A DNA stretch of 34,210 nt from an uncultured Thermotogae bacterium (GTDB lineage Bacteria; Bipolaricaulota; Bipolaricaulia; UBA7950; UBA9294): assembly GCA_964416685.1 (NCBI GenBank), contig CAYQFN010000002.1:1-34210 (forward strand), read 5' to 3'. A program made the position numbers and the translations under genes. Positions 22,912 to 31,636 of this stretch are shown here, one piece after another; the stretch's first letter is position 1, and each line of letters begins with the position of its first letter. The notes beneath the pieces are model-generated. The model worked only from the letters and a program-made list of their open reading frames with translations. It was not told where the DNA came from and searched no databases.

Positions 22912-23655
22912 ATGTCCAAAAACACACTCGTTGTATCCGTTGTTGCTCTGTTGCTTGCCGCTGTTGCCATCGTGCTTCAGTTCGTGCTCCCCGCCGGTGG
23001 AGGGGCGGACAACACGGCGGAGGTTACTGCTCTTACGAACAGGGTCGCCGCCCTTGAGGCGAACCCCGCTACTCCGCTCAAGGTGGCCTACATCAACGCT
23101 GAGGATGCGTTCACAGTATTCACCGACGCGGTGAGCGATCTGCGGCAGCGGGCGATCGACAAGCAGGGGGAGATCCTAAAGCTTCAGCAGCAGTACATGG
23201 CGAGCACGATCTCTAAGGATGATTTTGACACCCAGAATAACCAGCTTCAGGTGGAGCTGTTGCAGGCACAGCTTAACATCGATCTGGGGACGATCGACAA
23301 GATGATCGCCTCTCCGGGCTTCTCTGACATGAAGAGCGACCTGCAGCGACTGAAGGACGAGGCGCAGCCGGTCGTCGATGAGATGAAGAACCTCGTCTCT
23401 ACTGTGCATGTTGGCGTGATAGACACGACGGAGTTCCAGAACCGCTATATGCAGGTGAAGAATGCGTTTACGCAACTCGATCAGCTTCTAACGAAAGCGG
23501 CTACAACGAAGATCGTGCAGGCGGCGAACAAAGTGGCGGTCGATAACGGATATGACCTTGTGCTACGCACACAGAACGTGATCGTCTATCGCAACACCGC
23601 CAAGCTGACCGACATCACAGACCTCGTGAAGCATGAGCTTGCGTCCTACCTGTAG
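22912..23655 (+). CDS. skp: OmpH/Skp-family periplasmic chaperone with N-terminal hydrophobic anchor or signal
   Basis: 247 aa. N-terminal hydrophobic helix and a long coiled-coil-like Q/L/D-rich middle. The C-terminal block AANKVAVDNGYDLVLRTQNVIVYRN..LTDITDLV is typical of OmpH. Located directly downstream of bamA. Confidence 0.75.
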   Translation: MSKNTLVVSVVALLLAAVAIVLQFVLPAGGGADNTAEVTALTNRVAALEANPATPLKVAYINAEDAFTVFTDAVSDLRQRAIDKQGEILKLQQQYMASTISKDDFDTQNNQLQVELLQAQLNIDLGTIDKMIASPGFSDMKSDLQRLKDEAQPVVDEMKNLVSTVHVGVIDTTEFQNRYMQVKNAFTQLDQLLTKAATTKIVQAANKVAVDNGYDLVLRTQNVIVYRNTAKLTDITDLVKHELASYL

Positions 23656-23658
23656 GCA

Positions 23659-24099
23659 GTGATGGCCAGGGACATCGAGGGTATTCGCAAGGCATTGCCC
23701 CTGCGCTATCCCTACTTGATGATCGATCGAATAGAGAGTGAGGAAGAAGAGCTCGTCGTCGCGGTGAAGAATGTGACGATCAACGAGCCCTTCTTCCAGG
23801 GGCACTTCCCCGAGCCGCTCCCAGCCGTCATGCCAGGGACGTTGATTCTCGAGGCGATGGCGCAGACCGCTGCCTTCCTCCTGGCGAGGGAGGGACAGGG
23901 AGACGGCTACCTAGTCGGGGTGGACGAGGCCCGCTTCCGCCGCAAGGTGATCCCTGGTGATCGGTTGATCCTGACGGCACGCCTGATGCGGAAGCGAACG
24001 GGGCTAGTGAAGGCAAAGGTCGAAGCGAGGGTCGACGATGAACTGGCCGCTTCGGCGATAATCTCTCTTGTTGCGCCGGTGAATAATAATGTGGGATAG
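23659..24099 (+). CDS. fabZ: 3-hydroxyacyl-ACP dehydratase FabZ
   Basis: LPLRYPYLMIDRI...NEPFFQGHFPE.P.MPGTLILEAMAQ is the canonical FabZ hot-dog motif. The start is GTG 23659 or ATG 23662. Confidence 0.95.
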   Translation: MMARDIEGIRKALPLRYPYLMIDRIESEEEELVVAVKNVTINEPFFQGHFPEPLPAVMPGTLILEAMAQTAAFLLAREGQGDGYLVGVDEARFRRKVIPGDRLILTARLMRKRTGLVKAKVEARVDDELAASAIISLVAPVNNNVG

Positions 24100-25003
24100 G
24101 CTGATCGAGTGCGTGCCCAACATCAGCGAAGGGCGCCGTCGAGAAGTGGCGGAGTCGATCGCCTTTGCTGCTGATGGTCCGGGCAGGAAAGTGATCGATC
24201 TGAGCATGGATCCCGACCATAACCGCTCGGTGATCACCATTGTCGGTGAGCCCGATGGTCTCCTTGAAGGGGTGCTGGCACTCACGAGGGAGGCATCCGA
24301 TCTGATCGACCTGAACGTGCACCGCGGTGAGCATCCGCGGATGGGCGCGGTCGATGTCATCCCCTTCATCCCAGTGCGCGGAGTGACGATGGCCGATTGC
24401 ATTTCACTCTCTCGCCGCGTCGGTGAGCGTATCGCTGCTGATCTGAAGATTCCCGTCTACCTGTACGAGGAATCGGCGAGGAGTGAGGCCCGGCGCAATC
24501 TAGCGACGATCAGGAAGGGAGAATTCGAGGGGTTCGCGGAGAAGATCATGCGCCCGGAGTGGCGACCCGACTTCGGAGTAGCCAAGATCCACCCCACGGC
24601 CGGTGTCGTTGCTGTAGGCGCACGCGAGTTTCTTATCGCCTACAACGTCGACCTTGCCACCTCCGACCTCTCTGTAGCAAAGGAGATCGCGCGTGCAGTT
24701 CGCTGCTCGAGCGGCGGCCTGCGCTATGTGAAGGCGCTCGGTTTCCCTCTTGCCGAGAGAGGGATCGTGCAGGTGTCGATGAACCTGACTAACTTCAAGA
24801 AGACACCAATTTTACGTGTCTTCGACCTCGTCAAGCGCGAGGCCGAGCGACGAGGGGTGATGGTCATCGGAAGTGAGATCGTGGGCATGCTTCCTCGGCG
24901 AGCGCTGTACGATGTCGCCCAGATGGCGCTGCAGATACGCGGATTCTCCGATGATCTCATCTTGGAAGATCGGATCGAGGACGTCCTCAGTGAGGATCGC
25001 TGA
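24089..25003 (+). CDS. Glutamate formimidoyltransferase domain protein (FT domain only, no cyclodeaminase domain)
   Basis: 304 aa. LIECVPNISEGRR N-terminus, HPRMGAVDVIPFIP, and EFLIAYNV match the formiminotransferase N- and C-subdomains. The ATG overlaps the fabZ stop by 11 nt. Confidence 0.8.
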   Translation: MWDRLIECVPNISEGRRREVAESIAFAADGPGRKVIDLSMDPDHNRSVITIVGEPDGLLEGVLALTREASDLIDLNVHRGEHPRMGAVDVIPFIPVRGVTMADCISLSRRVGERIAADLKIPVYLYEESARSEARRNLATIRKGEFEGFAEKIMRPEWRPDFGVAKIHPTAGVVAVGAREFLIAYNVDLATSDLSVAKEIARAVRCSSGGLRYVKALGFPLAERGIVQVSMNLTNFKKTPILRVFDLVKREAERRGVMVIGSEIVGMLPRRALYDVAQMALQIRGFSDDLILEDRIEDVLSEDR

Positions 25004-26285
25004 ACAGAACGTTGAGCGCGTCAGCATCCTCGGCTATGGCCGCACCGGGCGTGCCGTGGCAGAGTATCTTTACCACCACGGTGTGGGGGTGTTCATTAGC
25101 GACAGCTCCCCGTTGAGTGCGGCGGACAGACGGTCATTCCTTGAGCGTGAGATTCCATTCGAACAGGATGGGCATACGCTGCGAGTGCTGCAGGGGGCGG
25201 ATCTGATCGTCCTCAGCCCGGGGATCAGTCCGGACTTGCCGATCCTGCACGAGGCGAGGAGGAGGTCGATCAAGATCCTCTCCGAGCTCGACCTGGCCTT
25301 CCTCGTCACAGCGAACACGCGCCTTGTCGCCGTCACCGGGACGAACGGGAAGAGCACGACGGTGAAGCTCATCGAGGGGATACTCAGACAGCGAGGGGTG
25401 AATGCGGTTGCTGCGGGAAACATCGGCCTTCCGTTCATCACCCTTGCTGATCATCCACCGGATGTGGTGGTGCTAGAGGTGAGCAGCTTTCAGCTCGAAC
25501 AGAGCAGCGTCTTCCACCCGGACGTCGCTTGCCTGTTGAACATCGCGCCTGATCACTTGGACAGGCACGCTACAATGGATAGATACATCGCGGCCAAGGC
25601 AAGCCTATTCGAACGCCAGAGAGCCTCCGACTTGGCAGTCCTCGAGCGCGACGCGCTCATAGCAGCCGAGAGCCTTGTGGCAAGGAAGGTGTTCTTTGAA
25701 GAGATCACCCTCCCGCGGGGAGCATCCGTCGAATCCCTCGCTCCGCACAACCGCGCTAACCTGCGGGCGGCGATCGCTTGCTGCAACGGTATTCTCCCTG
25801 CGCTCGACGCGGATCAGATCGATCTTGCTGGGCTAGAAGATGCATTCCACCTCCCCTTTCGCCTGCAGCGGGAGGAGATGATCGGCCAGGTGCGCGTGGT
25901 CAACGATTCAAAATCGACAAATGCCGCCTCTGCGATCAGTGCACTTGAAAGCGTCCGCGGTCCGTGTGTGCTCATCCTCGGTGGGCGCCACAAGGGGGCG
26001 GGATACGATGCCCTCGCTCGCAGCATCGTGAAGCGTGGCGTGCGTCGCGTGATCCTGTTTGGCGAGGGCGCGCGTCTGCTGCAGTCGACGCTGCGTGATG
26101 TTGGTTACACTGAAACGACCCTCTGTTCCACCCTCGATCGTGCGCTGAAAGCTGCCCTGCAAGAGGCGCTGGATGGTGATACCATTCTCTTCTCCCCCGC
26201 ATGCTCAAGTTACGATCAGTACCGGAATTACGTCGAGCGTGGAGAGCACTTCTCTCGCCTTGTTAACTCCTCCTGCGGTCAATAG
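24990..26285 (+). CDS. murD: UDP-N-acetylmuramoyl-L-alanine--D-glutamate ligase
   Basis: VSILGYGRTGRAVAEYL Rossmann-like N-terminus. P-loop VTGTNGKST. DSKSTN. I prefer GTG 24990 (GAGGA 8 nt upstream, 14 nt overlap with the preceding gene) to the track's ATG 24873, which lies deep inside the FT gene. Confidence 0.9.
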   Translation: MRIAEQNVERVSILGYGRTGRAVAEYLYHHGVGVFISDSSPLSAADRRSFLEREIPFEQDGHTLRVLQGADLIVLSPGISPDLPILHEARRRSIKILSELDLAFLVTANTRLVAVTGTNGKSTTVKLIEGILRQRGVNAVAAGNIGLPFITLADHPPDVVVLEVSSFQLEQSSVFHPDVACLLNIAPDHLDRHATMDRYIAAKASLFERQRASDLAVLERDALIAAESLVARKVFFEEITLPRGASVESLAPHNRANLRAAIACCNGILPALDADQIDLAGLEDAFHLPFRLQREEMIGQVRVVNDSKSTNAASAISALESVRGPCVLILGGRHKGAGYDALARSIVKRGVRRVILFGEGARLLQSTLRDVGYTETTLCSTLDRALKAALQEALDGDTILFSPACSSYDQYRNYVERGEHFSRLVNSSCGQ

Positions 26286-26432
26286 TCCTCATCATGATAA
26301 AGCCATACGTCCCGGAATAATAACACGAATTCTCACCGTCATTCTGACATCCTTCCTTCCACCTGGGGGACAACTGCCGTATTCATATGGGGACCGGCGA
26401 TGACGACGTAAGGCGGAGACAAGGAGACAGAA

Positions 26433-27515
26433 GTGGATGGACGAATCGATCGAGGAATCGTGCTTTCGGCTGCACTCCTGTTGCTATTCGGGCTGGTCAT
26501 GGTTTACAGCGCCAGTGCTCCCTTCTCTCTGCGCCACTACGGCACCGACACCCATCTGCTCGTGCGACAACTGATCGCTGCGCTTGTTGGGATCGGCTTT
26601 CTCGTGTTGTTCAGCTACATCGACTATCATCGCTTACAGCAGCTCGATGACATCCTCCTGCTCGGCGCTTTTGCTCTCACGTTCCTCACCATCCTCCCGT
26701 TACACGGGATCAGTGACGGCCGCTGGTTGCACATCGGTCCTCTCGTGATGCAGCCGACTGAGGTCCTGAAGTTCGCGCTGATTGCATATCTGGCAGCGAC
26801 GATAACGAGAAAGAAGGACTCTATCAGATCGTTCGTCGATGGGGTGCTACCGTTCATCCTCGTGCTGCTTGTGATCGCTGCCGTGACCATGAACCAGCCC
26901 GACTTCGGCATGACCCTCATCTTCGCCGCTCTGACCGCGGTGATGCTCTTCGTTGGCGGGGCGCGCATATCGCACCTGTTGGGGGTGGGAATTGCGAGTA
27001 TCCCGTTCATCTTCCTGGCGGTGCGCATTGCCCCCTATCGGCTGGCGCGCATCCTTTCGTTCTTGAATCCGAATGACTACAGCACGTCTTCTGGGTATCA
27101 GACCATTCAATCGCTCGTCGCCATCGGCTCCGGTGGGGTGATCGGACGTGGCCTCGGGGCGTCGCGCGCGAAGCTGTTCTACCTGCCGCAGGCCCAGAGC
27201 GATTTCATCTTCTCTGTGACCGCCGAAGAGCTTGGGCTGATCGGAGCGGTCATCCTGATAGCGCTCTACGCGATCTTCGCATGGCGTGCCTTCGCCATCT
27301 CGCGCAGCGCTCCGGATGAATTTGGAAGACTACTCGCATTTGGGATTGGATTTGCCATTACCTTTCAGGTCCTTCTCAATCTAGGTGTTGCCACCGGCCT
27401 TCTGCCGGTGACCGGGCTCACTCTTCCGTTCATCAGTAGCGGTGGATCGTCGCTCTTCGTCACGTTGGCGATGGTCGGGGTGCTGGCCAATATCTCCAAG
27501 CAAGGGGGGAAGTGA
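26433..27515 (+). CDS. ftsW: SEDS-family peptidoglycan glycosyltransferase FtsW
   Basis: 360 aa polytopic membrane protein. QPTEVLKFALIAYLA, QPDFGMT, LPQAQSDFIFSV..EELG and TGLTLPFISSGGSS are SEDS motifs. dcw-cluster position between murD and murG. GTG start with AAGGAG 6 nt upstream. Confidence 0.9.
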   Translation: MDGRIDRGIVLSAALLLLFGLVMVYSASAPFSLRHYGTDTHLLVRQLIAALVGIGFLVLFSYIDYHRLQQLDDILLLGAFALTFLTILPLHGISDGRWLHIGPLVMQPTEVLKFALIAYLAATITRKKDSIRSFVDGVLPFILVLLVIAAVTMNQPDFGMTLIFAALTAVMLFVGGARISHLLGVGIASIPFIFLAVRIAPYRLARILSFLNPNDYSTSSGYQTIQSLVAIGSGGVIGRGLGASRAKLFYLPQAQSDFIFSVTAEELGLIGAVILIALYAIFAWRAFAISRSAPDEFGRLLAFGIGFAITFQVLLNLGVATGLLPVTGLTLPFISSGGSSLFVTLAMVGVLANISKQGGK

Positions 27516-28642
27516 TGCGCGTATTGATCGCTGGTGGAGGGACCGGGGGGCATTTCTATCCCGCATTGGCGGTGATGGAAGAGTTTGCCAAACGCAAGAA
27601 TGGGGTTGAGCTGGGGTACGTTGGCACGAGGCGTGGGATCGAGGCGCGTATCCTTCCCTCCTATCCCTGGATCTCATTCTTCCCGATCCATGTGCGTGGC
27701 TTTGAACGGGGGAACATCCTGCAGAACCTGTATGCACTCTCTCTCCTCCCCCTCTCCTTCCTAGAAAGCCTAGTCGTCCTCCTGTGCTTCCGCCCGCAAG
27801 TGGTAATTGGGATGGGCGGATATGCGTCTTTTCCTGCGGTCCTGCTCGCTTCTATCTTGGGGAAGATTCTCCCGGTGCGGACGGTCATCCACGAGCAGAA
27901 CGCGGTGGCCGGTCTGACCAACCGGATCCTCGCCCGCTTCGTTGACAAGGTGTTGATCTCATATCCGCAGACGAGGCGACAGCTTCCCGCGGCACGCAAT
28001 GTCGTTACGACTGGGAATCCAATCCGCAGCGAGTTTCTCCTCGCCAAGCGCACGCGCGCCGTTTATGAGCGCTTCGGCCTCTCTCCTGACAAGAGGACCG
28101 TTCTCGTCTTCGGTGGCTCAAATGGATCTCTCGCGCTGACAAACGCGATTCGGAAGGCAGAGGAACAGATCGCCAGAAACAAGGACATGCAGGTCCTCCT
28201 CGTTACCGGTGGCAGCGTTGACACCTCAGTGGTCGAAGCGGAACTCCTGGCATCGGGGGTGACGAATATCGTCGTCAAGAGATACATCGAACGTATGGGC
28301 GAGGCATTCGCGATTGCTGATCTCATCGTCTCTCGTGCCGGGGCGACTACACTAGCGGAGATCACATCCTGTGGGAAGCCGTCAGTGCTCATTCCATGGG
28401 GAGGGGCGGCTGACGGGCACCAATGGGAGAACGCCCGCGTACTAAACGATGAGCAGGCTTGCACGATTATGGGTGAGGATGATATCCTGGGCAGGCGCCT
28501 AGCGCGGCTGATCGAACAGATGGTGAAAGATGAACAGGGGCTCAATTTGATGGCACAGAACTCGATGCGCATGGGGAGTAGACATGCGGCTGCATCAATG
28601 CTTGGTGAGATACTGGTTCTCGTTAAGGGGGCACGGACTTGA
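27515..28642 (+). CDS. murG: UDP-N-acetylglucosamine--N-acetylmuramyl-(pentapeptide) pyrophosphoryl-undecaprenol GlcNAc transferase
   Basis: RVLIAGGGTGGHFYPALAV, TGNPIR, and SRAGATTLAEI..CGKPSVLIP are MurG signatures. The start is ATG 27515 or GTG 27512, and both overlap the ftsW stop. Confidence 0.95.
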   Translation: MRVLIAGGGTGGHFYPALAVMEEFAKRKNGVELGYVGTRRGIEARILPSYPWISFFPIHVRGFERGNILQNLYALSLLPLSFLESLVVLLCFRPQVVIGMGGYASFPAVLLASILGKILPVRTVIHEQNAVAGLTNRILARFVDKVLISYPQTRRQLPAARNVVTTGNPIRSEFLLAKRTRAVYERFGLSPDKRTVLVFGGSNGSLALTNAIRKAEEQIARNKDMQVLLVTGGSVDTSVVEAELLASGVTNIVVKRYIERMGEAFAIADLIVSRAGATTLAEITSCGKPSVLIPWGGAADGHQWENARVLNDEQACTIMGEDDILGRRLARLIEQMVKDEQGLNLMAQNSMRMGSRHAAASMLGEILVLVKGART

Positions 28643-30018
28643 TCAGCGATTGCAGGCGCAGCCACTTTGTCGGGATAGCTGGCGCAGGGATGAGCGGCCT
28701 CGCCGCATTTATGCTCGCCAGAGGGCACAAAATCTCCGGATCTGACCTGCACGAGAATGCAGAGACAAGATACCTACAGCGAGCTGGAGCGTCGATTCAC
28801 ATCGGCCACGATCCTACTCTCGTGAATGAAGACATCGATGAGGTGATTATCTCATCAGCCATTGGCTCGGAGAACGTAGAGATACAGAAGGCGCGCAGAC
28901 TAAATCTTCCAGTGGTACATCGGCTGCACGCATTGGCCGGCGTCCTTGACGGCTACACCAGCATCGGCGTTGCTGGCACACACGGCAAGACGACAACCAC
29001 AGCGATGACAGCGACGATCCTGCGCAATACGGGCAGGGACCCGAGCTACCTCGTTGGCGCCCACTGCCCCGGATTGGGGGGCAACTGGCACCTCGGATCG
29101 GGAGAGCTGTTCGTCAGCGAGGTCGATGAGAGCGACGGCCTCTTCCTCGCCATCCGGCCGGCGATCGCTGTTCTCAACAATATCGGGCGCGATCACCTGG
29201 GAACATACCATACCTTGGAGGCAATTAAGGAGAGCTTCAAACGGTATGTTCTGCAAGCAGAGAGAGCAGTCCTGGAAATAGACGACGCAAACGTGTGTGC
29301 GCTCGCCGATGTTCACCCCTCCGCACTCACGGTGGGCGTACACCCGGACGCCGATTTGCGCGCGATAAATGTCTCGCACTATCACTTCCACACAACGTTC
29401 GACCTCACGTACCACGGAGAGGACATCGCGAGTGTATTCCTCCCCGCACCGGGCGACCACAATGTGCGAAACGCTCTTTGTGCAATCGGCGCAGCGAAAC
29501 TTGCTGGGGTACCACTCGCCGATGCCGCGCATGCCCTTGCGGATTTTCAGCTTCCCAAGCGCCGCTTTCAGCTTCTCGAAGAGAATGGAGTGACCGTTGT
29601 CGATGATTACGCCCATCTGCCCGAGGAGATCGACGTCACACTACAGGCGATCCGCTCGGGGTGGACGGACAGGAGGATTGTCGCTGTCTTTCAGCCGCAC
29701 CGCTACACGCGCACGCAATCGATCGGGAGTGAATTCGGGGCCGCGTTCCGACTGGCGGATACCGTTGTCATCGCACCGATCTATCCCGCCCACGAGGCGC
29801 CGATCCCGGGTGTCACCTCGCAGAGGATCGTCGATTCGATCGCACGAAGAACCGGGAACGACCCGCTCCTCATGCACAGTAAGGACGAGATCCTCTCCTT
29901 CCTCAAACGCTACATTGAACCGGGTGACTTCATCATCAGCTTCGGAGCGGGTGACATATGGACAGTAACCACAAGCCTGTCGCGCTTCCTCGAGGAGGGA
30001 AGCTTCTGCACCGCGTAG
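28639..30018 (+). CDS. murC: UDP-N-acetylmuramate--L-alanine ligase
   Basis: HFVGIAGAGMSGLA, GVAGTHGKTTTTAM, NIGRDHL and VDDYAHLPEEI are Mur ligase / MurC motifs. The TTG start overlaps the murG stop (TTGA). Confidence 0.95.
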   Translation: MISDCRRSHFVGIAGAGMSGLAAFMLARGHKISGSDLHENAETRYLQRAGASIHIGHDPTLVNEDIDEVIISSAIGSENVEIQKARRLNLPVVHRLHALAGVLDGYTSIGVAGTHGKTTTTAMTATILRNTGRDPSYLVGAHCPGLGGNWHLGSGELFVSEVDESDGLFLAIRPAIAVLNNIGRDHLGTYHTLEAIKESFKRYVLQAERAVLEIDDANVCALADVHPSALTVGVHPDADLRAINVSHYHFHTTFDLTYHGEDIASVFLPAPGDHNVRNALCAIGAAKLAGVPLADAAHALADFQLPKRRFQLLEENGVTVVDDYAHLPEEIDVTLQAIRSGWTDRRIVAVFQPHRYTRTQSIGSEFGAAFRLADTVVIAPIYPAHEAPIPGVTSQRIVDSIARRTGNDPLLMHSKDEILSFLKRYIEPGDFIISFGAGDIWTVTTSLSRFLEEGSFCTA

Positions 30019-30896
30019 ATGACTTGCTTACGAGCCTACAAGCCCTCCACGGTGAACTGAGGATCGATGAGCTATTATCCTCTCATACAACAATCAGAGT
30101 GGGCGGTCCTGCCAGAGCGTTCTTCATCCCCGCAAGCAAGGATTCTCTCATTGAGGCAGTCAGCATCAGTCGCGGCCAGGGCGTGCCCTACCTCATCCTC
30201 GGCAGGGGCTCGAATCTCCTCTTCGCGGACAGAGGCTATCGCGGCCTCATCATCTCCACCGAACGGCTCGCGGCGTGCGCGGTGACCGACGGGCACATAT
30301 CTGCTGACTGCGGTACGCCGCTTGCGACGCTCATGTCCGAGGCAAATGCGCGCGGGATTCATTCCCTCGACTTTCTTGCTGGGATACCCGGCAGCTTAGG
30401 CGGAGCACTTGCCATGAACGCGGGCATTAAAGCGCGGTCGATCGGCGAGATCGTGGAAGAGGTCACCCTGCTCTCGAGCGACGGGTCAGCGGTGTCCGTT
30501 GATAGGAGCGCGTGTGGATTCTCCTACCGAGGGAGTGCGATCCTTGAATCACGCCTTCCTGTCCTTACAGCGCAGCTTCGCCTTGATGAAGAGAGCTTCG
30601 ACCGCGATCAGCTCCTCGCCCAGCGTGCGCGCACACAACCGCACGCCTTCCCCAGCGCTGGATGTGCCTTCAAGAACCCGGTTGGACACTGCGCAGGGGA
30701 GTTGATCGAGCACACCGGATTGAAGGGAGTTCGCGTGGGAATGGCCAAGGTGTCTGACATACACGCAAATTTCATTATCAACTTAGGGGGGGCGAGCAGC
30801 GCTGAGATCCGCAAATTAATTGACATTGTGCGCCAAAAGGTGTATAAAAGTTTCCATATCTTGCTTGACTTGGAGATTGAGGTCGTTGACGGGTGA
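29958..30896 (+). CDS. murB: UDP-N-acetylenolpyruvoylglucosamine reductase
   Basis: HTTIRVGGPARAFFIP, ILGRGSNLLF, GIPGSLGGALAMNAG and SAGCAFKNP are MurB (FAD-binding) motifs. The start is uncertain: ATG 29958 overlaps murC by 61 nt, and TTG 30024 lies just after the murC stop. Confidence 0.9.
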   Translation: MDSNHKPVALPRGGKLLHRVDDLLTSLQALHGELRIDELLSSHTTIRVGGPARAFFIPASKDSLIEAVSISRGQGVPYLILGRGSNLLFADRGYRGLIISTERLAACAVTDGHISADCGTPLATLMSEANARGIHSLDFLAGIPGSLGGALAMNAGIKARSIGEIVEEVTLLSSDGSAVSVDRSACGFSYRGSAILESRLPVLTAQLRLDEESFDRDQLLAQRARTQPHAFPSAGCAFKNPVGHCAGELIEHTGLKGVRVGMAKVSDIHANFIINLGGASSAEIRKLIDIVRQKVYKSFHILLDLEIEVVDG

Positions 30897-31636
30897 ACGA
30901 GGGGAAACTGAGAAGTGCCGTACGTTGGGCTGCCGTCATAGGGGGGATTCTTATCGCTGCTGCCATCATCGCCCTGTATACACCTTGGGTGCGCATCTTT
31001 GATCTGCGAGAGATTGTAGTAAAGGGTAATTACTACACGTCTGTCGCGGAAGTCAAAGATGCCTGTGGTATTCAGGACGGAATCAATCTATTGCGCGCTC
31101 CGCTTAACCAGGCGCGGACTTTACTGCTACAGCTTCCCTGGATAATGAACGTATCGTTTCGCAGAATTCTTCCGCATACACTTGAAATCACTATTCGCGA
31201 GCGAGATCCGATCGCCCTTGTAGTCGACCCCGCTGACGAGAGCCGGCTGATGGTCCTCGGAGAAGACGGAGTGATCGTCGGCTACGCGGTGGACTCCAGT
31301 TTGGACTTCATGTGCATAGTTGGAGTGGCGATTGCCAGCACTCCCTCCGGAAGAAGAGTCGTTGATAAGGATGTGGTGAAGACAGTTTCCTACCTACGTA
31401 AGCGAGGCCTGGGAAGAGACCTCTTCCCTCGCATTGACTTCTCAAACTTGCACGCGATCACGATGTACACAGTTGATGAGGGGGAGATAATGCTCGGTCC
31501 GATCGCTGATGTAGAGGATCGAATCGACGAGCTGATAGCATTGCTAGAGACAATCGATCTTGCGAGCTATCAGACGATAGATCTTAGATTTGGGGGTGAG
31601 GCGAGACTTGTGCCCCGTAAGGTGGTGAACCGATGA
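30893..31636 (+). CDS. ftsQ: Cell division protein FtsQ/DivIB (single TM helix plus POTRA)
   Basis: 247 aa. N-terminal TM helix (AAVIGGILIAAAIIALY), then a POTRA-like block (IFDLREIVVKGNYYTSVAEV). Located between murB and ftsA. GTGA overlap with the murB stop. Confidence 0.8.
   Translation: MNEGKLRSAVRWAAVIGGILIAAAIIALYTPWVRIFDLREIVVKGNYYTSVAEVKDACGIQDGINLLRAPLNQARTLLLQLPWIMNVSFRRILPHTLEITIRERDPIALVVDPADESRLMVLGEDGVIVGYAVDSSLDFMCIVGVAIASTPSGRRVVDKDVVKTVSYLRKRGLGRDLFPRIDFSNLHAITMYTVDEGEIMLGPIADVEDRIDELIALLETIDLASYQTIDLRFGGEARLVPRKVVNR

Noticed and set aside
24873-24989. The track's upstream ATG start for murD, which adds 39 codons.
   Set aside because: It would overlap the formimidoyltransferase gene by 131 nt with an Arg/Trp/Cys-rich, non-MurD-like peptide. 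GTG 24990 with a GAGGA SD gives the normal MurD N-terminus.
26286-26432. The 147 nt gap between murD and ftsW, and the ORFs crossing it (26173-26403 and 26387-26650).
   Set aside because: The crossing ORFs overlap real genes out of frame and encode low-complexity peptides. I found no strong promoter, terminator or repeat in the gap, so nothing there is reportable beyond its existence.
28063-29616. Minus-strand ORFs of 229 aa (28063-28752) and 238 aa (28900-29616) opposite murG and murC.
   Set aside because: They are shadow ORFs with no motifs. The plus-strand Mur genes fully explain the region.
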